64,000 nucleotides of DNA from Prevotella sp. (GTDB taxonomy: Bacteria > Bacteroidota > Bacteroidia > Bacteroidales > Bacteroidaceae), in NCBI GenBank assembly GCA_022769825.1, contig JALEJI010000045.1, positions 22,932-86,931 on the forward strand, read 5' to 3'. The stretch's first letter is position 1. Each line of letters begins with the position of its first letter. The notes under the pieces were generated by a model, which was not told where the DNA came from, made no database searches, and was given only the letters and a program-made list of their open reading frames with translations. Below, piece after piece: positions 30,831 through 43,355 of this stretch. The position numbers and the translations under genes are program-made.

Positions 30831-30853
30831 CTTCTTCTTTATTAAAAAGGCGG

Positions 30854-30929
30854 GCGTCCTTAGCTCAGCTGGTAGAGCAACTGACTCTTAATCAGTGGGT
30901 CTAGGGTTCGAATCCCTAAGGACGCACCA
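30854..30929 (+). tRNA. tRNA-Lys (CTT), copy 2 with encoded CCA
   Basis: Identical 73 nt to copy 1, followed by CCA. Confidence 0.97.
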
Positions 30930-30931
30930 AG

Positions 30932-30967
30932 AAAGACTGATCTTCAAATGGAGGTCAGTCTTTTTTT
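30932..30967 (+). terminator. Rho-independent terminator after the tRNA-Lys pair
   Basis: AAAGACTGATCTTC-AAAT-GGAGGTCAGTCTTT followed by a T-run. Confidence 0.8.
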
Positions 30968-30996
30968 GGTTATTGCCTTCCACGATTTAAGAATAA

Positions 30997-32643
<1,647 letters not shown>

Positions 32644-32698
32644 GCCACCTCGTGGCACGGTTTTTGTTACCTCTGAATAACAAAAAGGTTATAGCATT

Positions 32699-33298
32699 AT
32701 GGCAGAGAAAGAAAACAAGGAAAAAGACATAAAAGCACAGGCGCAACAACCTGAGGCCGAAACCAAGGAGGCAAAAGATTCCGACAAAAAGGAGAAACAA
32801 GCCGAGGGGCAAGCTGAAGAGGCTGGCGCCAAGGCCGAGGAAAAGAAGGAGGAAGACCCCTTGGAGAAGGCCAACAAGGAGATTGCCGAACTGAAAGACA
32901 AGTATCTCCGCACGCTCGCCGAGTTTGACAACTACAAGAAGCGCACGCTGAAGGAGAAGGCTGAGCTGATACTCAACGGCGGCGAGAAGACCGTGAAAGC
33001 CGTGCTGCCCGTGCTCGACGACTTTGAGCGCGCGCTCAAGGACAAGAGCGACGACCCGAAGGCCATCAAGGATGGCGTCACCATGATTTTCAACAAGTTC
33101 GTGAAGACCTTGGAGAGCCTTGGCGTGAAGAAGATAGACACCACCGACAAGGACTTCGACACCGACTTCCACGAGGCCGTGGCCATGGTGCCTGGCATGG
33201 GCGACGACAAGAAGGGCAAGGTCATCGACTGCGTGCAGACAGGTTACACCCTCAACGACAAAGTGATACGCCACGCCAAAGTAGCAGTAGGACAGTAA
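32699..33298 (+). CDS. grpE: Nucleotide exchange factor GrpE
   Basis: [47 protein letters not shown]. Confidence 0.97.
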   Translation: MAEKENKEKDIKAQAQQPEAETKEAKDSDKKEKQAEGQAEEAGAKAEEKKEEDPLEKANKEIAELKDKYLRTLAEFDNYKKRTLKEKAELILNGGEKTVKAVLPVLDDFERALKDKSDDPKAIKDGVTMIFNKFVKTLESLGVKKIDTTDKDFDTDFHEAVAMVPGMGDDKKGKVIDCVQTGYTLNDKVIRHAKVAVGQ

Positions 33299-33302
33299 TA
33301 TC

Positions 33303-34490
<1,188 letters not shown>

Positions 34491-34706
34491 GAAGCAATAG
34501 GGAAAGCTTCGTTCAAGCAGATAACATTACTTATTTTCATATCAACTTCAATGGTGACAATTGCAGACGACAATCAATCTCTATTGTCACCATTGTCGTT
34601 AAATTCCCACGTAGGGCCCATAAATCCGGTTCGGGACGCTTGCCTGGCAAGGCTGAACCTGGGCATTACTTTTTACGGAAGCTATTATATAAGAGGAAAG
34701 GGTGAC

Positions 34707-35984
34707 ATGAATTATCAGGAAACGGTTTCGTATCTTTTCAACTCAGCTCCAGTGTTTGAGCACGTAGGGGCTTCGGCTTATAAACCTGGGCTCCAGACCA
34801 CCAAGGCGCTGGACGAGCATTTCAACCACCCACACACCGCCTACAAGACCATACACATAGCCGGCACCAATGGCAAGGGCTCGTGCTCGCACAGCATAGC
34901 GGCCATCCTGCAAGAGGCTGGCTACAAGGTCGGCCTGTACACATCGCCCCATCTCGTAGACTTCCGTGAGCGCATACGCGTCAACGGGGAGATGATTCCC
35001 GAACGGCGAGTCATCGACTTCGTGGAGCAGGAGCGCGAGTTCTTCGAACCCCTCCACCCTTCTTTTTTTGAGCTTACCACGGCGCTGGCGTTTATCTATT
35101 TCAAGGAGCAAAAGGTCGACGTGGCGGTAATAGAAGTCGGCCTCGGCGGCAGGCTCGATTGCACCAACATCATCACGCCCGAACTGTCGGTAATCACCAA
35201 CATCAGTTTCGACCACACACAGTTTCTCGGCAACACCCTCGCGCTGATAGCGGGAGAGAAGGCCGGAATAATAAAGCCTCACGTGCCCGTGGTCATCGGC
35301 GAGGACCTGCCAGAGACCCGTCCGTGCTTCCAAAGGAAAGCCGACGAGTGTGGCGCGCCAATAGTCTTCGCCAAAGACCATCCAGTGGTGGCATCGTCAA
35401 GACCTCGCGTGGACGGTGGCAGAGACTACCAGACCACTATTCTTGGCAACATTCATGGCGACTTGGGAGGCGACTACCAAGAGAAGAACATGAACACGGT
35501 GCTCACCGCCACGCGCTTCCTGAAAGAGACGTTCACCATCAGCGACGAGGACATAACGCGCGGCCTTGCCAACGTCTGCAAGCTCACGGGCCTGCGCGGC
35601 AGGTGGGAGACGCTATGCGAGAAGCCTCATGCCGTTTGCGACACGGGCCACAACGTGGGGGGGTGGCAATATCTCGCGCCGCAAATAAAGCGGCAACCCT
35701 GCAAGACCCTGAGAATAGTCTTCGGCATGGTAGACGACAAGGACATAAACACCGTGATGAGCCTGCTGCCCAAAAACGCCGTGTATTATTGGGCACAGCC
35801 CACGTCGAAAAGGGCTTTCCCGGCTGACAAAGTGGCAGAGCTGGGCAAGCGACACCACCTGGAGGGCACGAACTGCGCATCAGTGGCCAACGCGTACCAT
35901 AAAGCCATGGCAGACGCCGCCCCCGACGACTTCGTGTTCATAGGCGGTTCAAGCTATGTAGTGGCCGACCTGCTCGCGCTGTAA
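34707..35984 (+). CDS. folC: Folylpolyglutamate/dihydrofolate synthase
   Basis: IHIAGTNGKGS, YTSPHL, EVGLGGRLDCTN, IAGEKAGIIK, DTGHN; start moved to the ATG at 34707. Confidence 0.96.
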   Translation: MNYQETVSYLFNSAPVFEHVGASAYKPGLQTTKALDEHFNHPHTAYKTIHIAGTNGKGSCSHSIAAILQEAGYKVGLYTSPHLVDFRERIRVNGEMIPERRVIDFVEQEREFFEPLHPSFFELTTALAFIYFKEQKVDVAVIEVGLGGRLDCTNIITPELSVITNISFDHTQFLGNTLALIAGEKAGIIKPHVPVVIGEDLPETRPCFQRKADECGAPIVFAKDHPVVASSRPRVDGGRDYQTTILGNIHGDLGGDYQEKNMNTVLTATRFLKETFTISDEDITRGLANVCKLTGLRGRWETLCEKPHAVCDTGHNVGGWQYLAPQIKRQPCKTLRIVFGMVDDKDINTVMSLLPKNAVYYWAQPTSKRAFPADKVAELGKRHHLEGTNCASVANAYHKAMADAAPDDFVFIGGSSYVVADLLAL

Positions 35985-36077
35985 ATTCATTACCACCCGC
36001 CAAGACTTCACATAACATCAAGCGTCTATCCAGCATGATCTCAAGCCAAGCCACACGGCTCAGCTACCGACAATTTC

Positions 36078-36476
36078 CTAAGCAATGCCAAGCAGCTCTA
36101 TCTCGAATATCAGCGTAGAGCCAGCAGGGATGCCTGGCTGCGAAAACTTGCCGTATCCCATGCTGGCAGGGATATACACCTCCCACTTGTCGCCAACGCA
36201 CATCTGCTGCATGGCGATAATCCAACCCTCAATCAGGTCGCAGAGGCGTATGGCCAACGGCGCGCCGCCACGACTTGAGTCGAACTTCTTTCCGTTGATA
36301 GTGCGACCTGTGTAGTGGGCGGTCACTATGCTGCGCGGCGTGGGATGCTTGCCGTCGCCGTTGCCCTCTGACAACACCTTATAATAAATACCACAAGGAA
36401 GAACCTTCACGCCTTCTTCCTTGGACTTCTCGGCAAGCCAATCGAGGTTTGCCTTGGCGTATTCACGTTTGTTCAT
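36078..36476 (-). CDS. FKBP-type peptidyl-prolyl isomerase
   Basis: HYTGRTINGKKFDSS, LIEGW, IPASMGYG..GIPAGSTLIFEIEL. Confidence 0.93.
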   Translation of the reverse strand: MNKREYAKANLDWLAEKSKEEGVKVLPCGIYYKVLSEGNGDGKHPTPRSIVTAHYTGRTINGKKFDSSRGGAPLAIRLCDLIEGWIIAMQQMCVGDKWEVYIPASMGYGKFSQPGIPAGSTLIFEIELLGIA

Positions 36477-36711
36477 TATCTATGTATTTGAGTGCAAAAT
36501 AAATAAGCTTGTAATGCAAAGTTAATAAATTGCATAACCATTGTCGAGGGTTTCGGCAAGAAAAACGCCTTGGACAACCAGGAACACACGTCCCTTAAAT
36601 AATATTTAACACAGAGGGTGTTATATTATTTCGCATTTTAGTTGTCATTCTCAATTATTTTTACTTACTTTGCAAAAGACTATAAGAAACAACAACTAAA
36701 GACACATCCAT

Positions 36712-37803
36712 ATGGCAAACTTTGAAGAAACACCAAATGTATGCGGTCTGAGGCGTGAAGACTTTCAGACTACAGTGAATGGCAAGAAGACGGACCTCTT
36801 CGTCTTGAGAAACAGCAAGGGCAATGAAGTTGCCATTACCAACTATGGCGGAGCTATCGTGGCCCTCATGGTTCCAGACAAAGACGGCAATATGGGCAAC
36901 GTCATCATGGGACACGACAATATTCAAGATGTCATCAACTCGCCCGAACCATATCTATCAAGGCTAATCGGACGTTTCGGCAACCGCATCGCCAAAGGCA
37001 AGTTCACCTTGCACGGCAAGCAATACCAGGTGGCCGTAAACAACGGGCCAAACTCCTTGCACGGCGGCAAAAACGGATTCAACGTAAAGGTCTGGTCGCC
37101 TGAGCAGATGAACGACCACGCCCTCGCGCTCAACTACGTCTCACCCTATGGCGAGGAAGGCTACACTGGCGAGCTGAAGGTAACGGTGGTGTACACCTGG
37201 ACAGACGACAACGAGCTGCACATCGACTATCTCGCCACGACAAACAAGAAGACCATCATCAATCTAACAAACCACGCTTTCATCTCCTTGGCAGGCATCG
37301 CGGACCCAACACCTTCGGTTGAGAACGTTGAGCTGCAAGTCAACGCCGACTTCTATCTCCCGATTGACGACGTGTCTATCCCCACAGGCGAGATAAGAAA
37401 AGTGGAAGGCACTCCTTTCGATTTCAGGACCGCGAAGCCAATAGGACGCGACATCAACGCCGACGACGAGCAAGTGAAAAACGGTACAGGCTTTGACCAC
37501 AACTTCGTGCTCAACAAGAACGAGGAAGGCGAGCTCTCATTGGCAGCCAAAGCACACGAGCCCGTCAGCGGCCGCACCCTCGAAGTGTATACCACCGAGC
37601 CTGGCGTACAACTCTACACCGGCAACTTCCTGTCCGGCTTCAAGGGCACTCACGGAGCCACTTACCCTAAGCGCTCAGCTTTCTGCTTGGAGTGCCAACA
37701 CTTCCCCGACTCTCCTAACCGTCCTTACTTCCCGTCGGTAGTGCTGAACCCGGGAGAGAGATACAAGCAGACAACCATTTACAAGTTTGGTGTTAGCAAA
37801 TAA
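36712..37803 (+). CDS. galM: Aldose 1-epimerase (mutarotase)
   Basis: GRFGNRIAKG, NSLHGG, NLTNHA, GFDHNF, FCLECQHFPDSPN. Confidence 0.95.
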   Translation: MANFEETPNVCGLRREDFQTTVNGKKTDLFVLRNSKGNEVAITNYGGAIVALMVPDKDGNMGNVIMGHDNIQDVINSPEPYLSRLIGRFGNRIAKGKFTLHGKQYQVAVNNGPNSLHGGKNGFNVKVWSPEQMNDHALALNYVSPYGEEGYTGELKVTVVYTWTDDNELHIDYLATTNKKTIINLTNHAFISLAGIADPTPSVENVELQVNADFYLPIDDVSIPTGEIRKVEGTPFDFRTAKPIGRDINADDEQVKNGTGFDHNFVLNKNEEGELSLAAKAHEPVSGRTLEVYTTEPGVQLYTGNFLSGFKGTHGATYPKRSAFCLECQHFPDSPNRPYFPSVVLNPGERYKQTTIYKFGVSK

Positions 37804-37866
37804 TCGCTTTCACTGACTCAACATTGACTAAAAACATTTAACCATAACTTTAAATTAACCGTAACT

Positions 37867-39027
37867 ATGCAGATAGATTTCGTAAGAAGCCGTTTCCTGA
37901 AACATTTCGATGGGGAGACAGGCAACATCTACGCCTCACCAGGCCGCATCAACCTAATTGGTGAGCATACTGACTATAATGGTGGATTCGTGTTCCCAGG
38001 AGCCGTAGAGCAGGGCATCATGGCCGAGATACGCCCCAACGGGCAGAAGAGCGTGAACGTCTACTCCATCGACTTGAAAGACATGGCCCACTTCACTCTT
38101 GACGACCCCAAAGGCCCTTCCGCTACATGGGCACGCTACATCTACGGCATCTGCCGTGAGATGATAGAGCGTGGCGTGGACGTGAAGCCTTTCAACGCCG
38201 CTTTCGCTGGCGACGTGCCATTGGGAGCGGGAATGTCGTCGAGCGCGGCTTTGGAAAGCTGCTTCGCGTTCGCCTTGAACGACCTCTTCGGCGACAACAA
38301 GGTGTCGAAGTGGGATCTCGCCCTTGCAGGACAGGCTACCGAGCACAAATACATCGGCGTGAACTGTGGCATCATGGACCAGTTTGCCTCTGCCTTCGGA
38401 ATGAAGGGCAAGCTCATGCGCCTTGACTGCCGCAGCCGCGAGTTTGAATACTTCCCATGGGAGCCTAAGGGCTACAAGCTCGTGTTGCTCAACTCAAAGG
38501 TTAAGCACGAGCTGAAGGGTTCTCCTTACAACGACCGCCGCAACTCATGCGAGAACGTGGTAAAGGCACTGAACGCCAAGTTCGCCGACCGCCATTTCGA
38601 CACGCTGCGTGACGCCAACTGGGATGACCTTGAGGCCGTGAAGGGTGAGGTCAGCGCGGAAGACTACAAGCGCGCCCACTTCGTCCTCGGTGAGGTTGAC
38701 CGCGTGCTGGCTGTCAGCGAGGCTTTGCAGAAAGGCGACTACGAGACCGTGGGACAGAAGATGTATGAGACCCACTACGGACTCAGCAAGGAATACGAGG
38801 TGAGCTGCGAAGAGCTCGACTACCTCAACGACCTTGCAAAGGAGAACGGTGTCACGGGCAGCCGCATCATGGGCGGTGGCTTCGGTGGTTGCACCATAAA
38901 CCTCGTCAAGGAAGAGGTATACGACAAGTTCATCGGGAACGCGAAGGCAAAGTTCAACGAGAAATACGGCCATGAGCCACAAGTCATCGATGTGGTAATA
39001 GGCGATGGCTCTCGCAGAATCTGCTGA
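37867..39027 (+). CDS. galK: Galactokinase
   Basis: PGRINLIGEHTDYN, VPLGAGMSSSAA, CGIMDQF, GSRIMGGGFGG. Confidence 0.97.
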   Translation: MQIDFVRSRFLKHFDGETGNIYASPGRINLIGEHTDYNGGFVFPGAVEQGIMAEIRPNGQKSVNVYSIDLKDMAHFTLDDPKGPSATWARYIYGICREMIERGVDVKPFNAAFAGDVPLGAGMSSSAALESCFAFALNDLFGDNKVSKWDLALAGQATEHKYIGVNCGIMDQFASAFGMKGKLMRLDCRSREFEYFPWEPKGYKLVLLNSKVKHELKGSPYNDRRNSCENVVKALNAKFADRHFDTLRDANWDDLEAVKGEVSAEDYKRAHFVLGEVDRVLAVSEALQKGDYETVGQKMYETHYGLSKEYEVSCEELDYLNDLAKENGVTGSRIMGGGFGGCTINLVKEEVYDKFIGNAKAKFNEKYGHEPQVIDVVIGDGSRRIC

Positions 39028-39050
39028 TAAGCTTATCAATATCTCATAAA

Positions 39051-39089
39051 GACGCCCTCTCCAGCCTTTCGTCGACAGGAGAGGGCGTC
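39051..39089 (+). terminator. Hairpin after galK
   Basis: GACGCCCTCTCC ... GGAGAGGGCGTC. Confidence 0.6.
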
Positions 39090-39110
39090 ACTATTTACCG
39101 TTTTCTTCAC

Positions 39111-39998
39111 ATGTGGGCATTATCTCTTCTTCTTTCTATCGTGGCGCAACTGCTTCCGCAACATCATTTCTCGAGCATTCCGCCGGGCAACTACAGCGGC
39201 ATCACTTGGATGGGCGGCAACAGCTACGCCGTGGTCAGCGACAAGTCGGCTGAGGACTGTTTCTTCGTCTGGACATTGGACATTGACTCCGTAAGCGGTG
39301 AGGTCAAAGCCGCCAAAAACGAGGGATTCCGCTCTGCCTCTCGCCCTAACCGCGACAGTGAGGGCATCGCCTTCAACCCAAGCTCTAACACGATATTCAT
39401 AAGTGGGGAAACGGATAATTACATTAAGGAGTACTCTCTGGATGGCAAGCTGACAGGCAGGGAGATTCCCCCTACCACATTTTTCCAACAACTTGCCGGG
39501 AATCTTGGCCTTGAGGCCTTGAGCTATAACGACGCCACGCGCTTGCTATGGACTTGCAACGAGAGTGGGGAAATACGCATACAAAACTATACCGCTGACC
39601 TCAAGCCGCAAGACCATTATGCCTACACGCTCGACAAGCCCATCGCCAACAGGGCAAAAGCACAATTCTACGCCCACGGCATAGGCACGATTTGCGCGCT
39701 CGACGATGGTTCGCTGTTGTTGTTGGAAAGGGAGTTTTACGTGCCCCACAAGAAAATAGGCTCGTTTGTCAACTGCAAGCTGTTCCATCTCGTCCCGGGC
39801 AAAGGCGACAAGCAACTTCTCGCCCAGTGGCGCACATCGCTCACGCTCACCAGAAGAAACATAGCCAACTATGAAGGCATGTGCCTTGGCCCTAAACTGA
39901 AAGACGGCTCACGGATCCTCGTTCTCGTGGCCGACTCTCAAGACCAATACGGCGGCGTATTGAAAGACTGGATAAAGACCATACGGCTTTACCTGTGA
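39111..39998 (+). CDS. Secreted esterase-like activity of phytase / beta-propeller protein
   Basis: YSGITW, DSEGIA, NLGLEAL, LLLERE, NYEGMCLGP..LVLVADS. Confidence 0.75.
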   Translation: MWALSLLLSIVAQLLPQHHFSSIPPGNYSGITWMGGNSYAVVSDKSAEDCFFVWTLDIDSVSGEVKAAKNEGFRSASRPNRDSEGIAFNPSSNTIFISGETDNYIKEYSLDGKLTGREIPPTTFFQQLAGNLGLEALSYNDATRLLWTCNESGEIRIQNYTADLKPQDHYAYTLDKPIANRAKAQFYAHGIGTICALDDGSLLLLEREFYVPHKKIGSFVNCKLFHLVPGKGDKQLLAQWRTSLTLTRRNIANYEGMCLGPKLKDGSRILVLVADSQDQYGGVLKDWIKTIRLYL

Positions 39999-40160
39999 AC
40001 CCTCAAATACAAGACCACGCCGATTTACCCGTGAACGACTCCATGCGGAAGTTCGCATTCATCATTCACGAAGAACTAGCGTCATGGTCGCGATGGATAG
40101 AATCATGGCTTGCAAAAATCAAACGCGCTTATGGGCTTGCAAGAAACCTGCTTATGGGCT

Positions 40161-41426
40161 TTATGGCTTGCAAAGAATATAGCAAACCTTGTCTTGGAAG
40201 TTTCTTCCGTTTGAGCCGTGCATCACACCCTGGTTGATAATGGAGAAACACAGACGATGACCATTGGCCGCTGTGCAATAACCGCAGAGGCTCGCAATGC
40301 CTTCAAGCGTTCCGGTCTTGGCGTGCACATTGCCACGCGTGAACTGTGAACGCATGCGCTTTTTCAGCGTACCGTCAACGCCGGCAATGGGAAGCGCCGG
40401 CAGCAGGTGGTTATAGATGTTCTGATTCTCAAAGGCATAGCGCAAGAGCTTCACTTCCAGCTCGGGCGACACATAGTTGTAGAGCGACAATCCACTGCCG
40501 TCAGCGAGACGATAGCGCGAGGCGTTAAGCCCAACACGAGTGATGAGTTGGCGTTCGATGTTCTTCGCGTCTTTCGCCGTGGCCGGCCTGTTGCCCGTCG
40601 ACGCGGCTATCTGGTAATACATTGACTCCGCATACAGGTTGTCGCTTTGCTTTAGCATGCGCATCAATACCTGGTCGATGGTATGGAAGCGGCTCACGAT
40701 GCAATTGACGTCGTGCGGCTTACGCTTCTCCGACACATTGCCGAGAACCGTAATGCCGGCACGGTGTATGGCTTCGAGAAACTTGTCCATGAAAATGTCC
40801 TTACGCTGGAACACCAATGGCGAAAGCACTGGGTTGTCATCGTCCCAGCACCAGCCTTCACCAAGCCTGTCGGCATCCTTCATGGAACAGTCGGCATAGA
40901 GGTTTCCACGAATGGTGTCGACGCCCATCTTGCGCAACGCCTCGGCAAAAGCCTGCATATCGTCACGGTTGAAACGCGGGTCAAAGCCACCCACGCAATA
41001 CACGTCGCCGTTGAGCGACGTGGAATCGACCCTGCCTGTATAGCACAGTTCCGTCTTGAACTGGTAACTGCCACCGAGGCGGTCGAGCGCCGTGATGGCG
41101 GTGATGGTCTTCATGGTAGAGGCGGGGCGCATCAGCTGTCTCTCGTTGTGCTTGAATATGGTGGAGTCGGCATCGAGGTCGTAGACCATGATGCCCACTT
41201 GTGACGTCTTGAACATGTCGCTCTTGAGCAGTTGCTCAATCTCAGCCTGGACATTCTTAGGCCAGACAAGCGTGTCGCTTCGGTGGACAAGCGAGTCAGG
41301 CCAAGCCGAATCGGCCACAAGAGTGGTGTCGTTGTCATCGTTATCATCCACGACATCGGTCTGCGCCATGACAGGCACGACCGAGAAAAGCAGGAAGAGC
41401 AGCAAGGCATACAGCTTATTAAGCAT
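40161..41426 (-). CDS. dacB: D-alanyl-D-alanine carboxypeptidase/endopeptidase (PBP4, S13)
   Basis: PASTMK (SxxK), SDNLYAE (SxN), DGSGLS, AKTGT; signal peptide from 41426. Confidence 0.94.
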   Translation of the reverse strand: MLNKLYALLLFLLFSVVPVMAQTDVVDDNDDNDTTLVADSAWPDSLVHRSDTLVWPKNVQAEIEQLLKSDMFKTSQVGIMVYDLDADSTIFKHNERQLMRPASTMKTITAITALDRLGGSYQFKTELCYTGRVDSTSLNGDVYCVGGFDPRFNRDDMQAFAEALRKMGVDTIRGNLYADCSMKDADRLGEGWCWDDDNPVLSPLVFQRKDIFMDKFLEAIHRAGITVLGNVSEKRKPHDVNCIVSRFHTIDQVLMRMLKQSDNLYAESMYYQIAASTGNRPATAKDAKNIERQLITRVGLNASRYRLADGSGLSLYNYVSPELEVKLLRYAFENQNIYNHLLPALPIAGVDGTLKKRMRSQFTRGNVHAKTGTLEGIASLCGYCTAANGHRLCFSIINQGVMHGSNGRNFQDKVCYILCKP

Positions 41427-41835
41427 CGCAAGCCTCCTTTTCCTTTTTAAGCGTGGCAACGAACGCGATCTCGTTGGCGGGCTGCACCGACACCATTACA
41501 TTATCAGAGCCATAAGTAATGAGCAGGTAGCGCACAAGGCCAAAGACCGAAGTCATGGGGCGGCACGAATTGATTTGCCCAATCTCTATAATCTTATTCC
41601 TTGAAAGCTTGCCATTATCTATAATGAGCTTTCCATCGGAAATGACATATTCGCTATGCAGGGTTCTCTCTGTGAGGACAATAAGTAGAAATGCCATGAG
41701 AAGTCCCAAGATGACATTCTTAATCCAAAAAGCGTAGACGGCAAGCAAAAGGAAAAGCACTATGCCACACACGGCGCCAAGGGTCGTCCTATGATGGAAT
41801 GAACGGGTCATAAATTCAGTAAAAACAATCTTCAT
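41419..41835 (-). CDS. Small membrane protein (two TM helices plus PH-like domain)
   Basis: Two hydrophobic helices then a beta-rich tail; overlaps the dacB start. Confidence 0.65.
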   Translation of the reverse strand: MKIVFTEFMTRSFHHRTTLGAVCGIVLFLLLAVYAFWIKNVILGLLMAFLLIVLTERTLHSEYVISDGKLIIDNGKLSRNKIIEIGQINSCRPMTSVFGLVRYLLITYGSDNVMVSVQPANEIAFVATLKKEKEACDA

Positions 41836-41954
41836 CTTATAATATGTGCAAAGTTACCACTTTTATTCGAGCTTTTCAGGCTAAAACGAAAAAAATGCTT
41901 GTCAACCTGTCACAAACCAGCTACCTTTGCGTATATTAGTTGAACAAGAAAAAA

Positions 41955-42437
41955 ATGACGCCAGAGGAATTTCAAAACGAAGCGACCAGCCTGCGCCCCG
42001 ACTTGCTGGGCGAAGCCTTGCGATATGTCCGTCGACAAGACGTAGCCGAGGACATCGCGCAAGACTGCCTCATGCGACTTTGGACGATGCGCGGAGACCT
42101 GCACAGTCCCATGGCCCCATTGGCCCGTGTCGTGACGCGCAACCTCTGCCTCGACTTCCTGAGGCGCAACCCACACGTTGACGACGTGGCACTGATAGGG
42201 AACACCGACGACACGGAGACAGCACAGCGCCACGAGGCCGTGGAACGCATGATGGACATCGTGACCGAACTGCCCGTCGTGCAACAAACGGTGCTCAGGC
42301 TACGCCATATCGAAGGACGCGAGATGGCCGACATAGCCAACACGTTAGCCATGAGCGAGGCTGCCGTGAGAAAGGCTCTCAGCAGGGCACGAATGGCCGT
42401 GAGGGAAATGTATCTGAAACGTTATCATCAAGAATAG
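41955..42437 (+). CDS. ECF sigma-70 factor
   Basis: AEDIAQDCLMRLW, RNLCLDFLRR, region 4 LP..QQTVLRLRHIEG..IA..VRKALSRAR; alternative TTG start at 41940. Confidence 0.92.
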   Translation: MTPEEFQNEATSLRPDLLGEALRYVRRQDVAEDIAQDCLMRLWTMRGDLHSPMAPLARVVTRNLCLDFLRRNPHVDDVALIGNTDDTETAQRHEAVERMMDIVTELPVVQQTVLRLRHIEGREMADIANTLAMSEAAVRKALSRARMAVREMYLKRYHQE

Positions 42438-42439
42438 AC

Positions 42440-42877
42440 ATGAACGACAATAAAGCTATACAACTGACCGACAGGTTTTTCAATGGCGAGACAACTCTCG
42501 GCGAGGAGCAAGAGCTATACGCTTACTTCCTCTCGGGCAAGGTCTGCCCGCAACTCATGCCATTGCGACAAATGTTTCTCGACATGAGTCAACTGCAAGG
42601 CATTGAGCCAACGCAAAAGGCAAAGGTGGTGAGCATCAACCGTCGGAAACGCTGGCTACGCGTGGCAATAGCCGCCGCGGTCGTGGCAACAGTCGGCATC
42701 ACGGCAACAATGTGGACGACACAACACGACCACGACTACGAGATGATGGCATACGGACAACGACAGGTCAACCGCGAGGCCGTGATGCGCGAAGTGGAGC
42801 GGACGCTGGACGACGCGCGAAGCGGCACGCCAAACGTCGGGGCGGAACTGAAAGACGCATTCAAGCAATTTCAATAA
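42440..42877 (+). CDS. Putative membrane anti-sigma factor
   Basis: N-terminal RFFNGETTLGEEQELY..F and a single TM helix; directly after the ECF sigma gene. Confidence 0.7.
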   Translation: MNDNKAIQLTDRFFNGETTLGEEQELYAYFLSGKVCPQLMPLRQMFLDMSQLQGIEPTQKAKVVSINRRKRWLRVAIAAAVVATVGITATMWTTQHDHDYEMMAYGQRQVNREAVMREVERTLDDARSGTPNVGAELKDAFKQFQ

Positions 42878-42894
42878 ACAACAATATACATGAC

Positions 42895-43347
42895 ATGAAA
42901 CTCAAGCTATTCATTTACATACTGTTGACGATGGTCTCTACAGCCGTCAACGCGCAGTCGGCTAACTTGAAAGTCAACCAGATATTCACCGGCAAGGTCA
43001 TCCCGCTGGAACGCATGGTCGTGACCAAGGTCAAGGGACGCGCCCTCAGCAAGTACGGGCTCAACTACTATCGCAGCGCGCGCTTCGTGGCGAGCCGGAA
43101 GGAACGTTACAGGTGCATCAACGCGGTGGAACAAGACATGAGGGCTATGGGCAGCGGCTCCACGGCGCAGAAACGGTCTGAAAGGCACACGGCCATCGCC
43201 TTCATGCTAAGACCTCAAGGCGCGAGCAACCGGTTCATAACCTTGGTATGCAACAAGGAAGACGATGACCAATACGGCATCACCCTAATCTACATGGAGG
43301 GAACGGTGAAGAGCCTCAACGAACTGAACAAACTGATAAACAAATAA
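42895..43347 (+). CDS. Exported protein (DUF6108-like)
   Basis: Signal peptide MKLKLFIYILLTMVSTAVNA from the ATG at 42895; C-terminal TLIYMEG. Family name is from recollection only. Confidence 0.6.
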   Translation: MKLKLFIYILLTMVSTAVNAQSANLKVNQIFTGKVIPLERMVVTKVKGRALSKYGLNYYRSARFVASRKERYRCINAVEQDMRAMGSGSTAQKRSERHTAIAFMLRPQGASNRFITLVCNKEDDDQYGITLIYMEGTVKSLNELNKLINK

Positions 43348-43355
43348 GAAAAAAC

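Noticed and set aside
30758-30929. Identical tandem tRNA-Lys copies as an att-site duplication
   Set aside because: Both are full-length genes 23 bp apart under one promoter and terminator, with no cargo or integrase between them.
40103-40175. Short repeats GGCTTGCAA (x3) and CTTATGGGCTT (x2) at the dacB 3' end
   Set aside because: Short and irregularly spaced, most likely local slippage.
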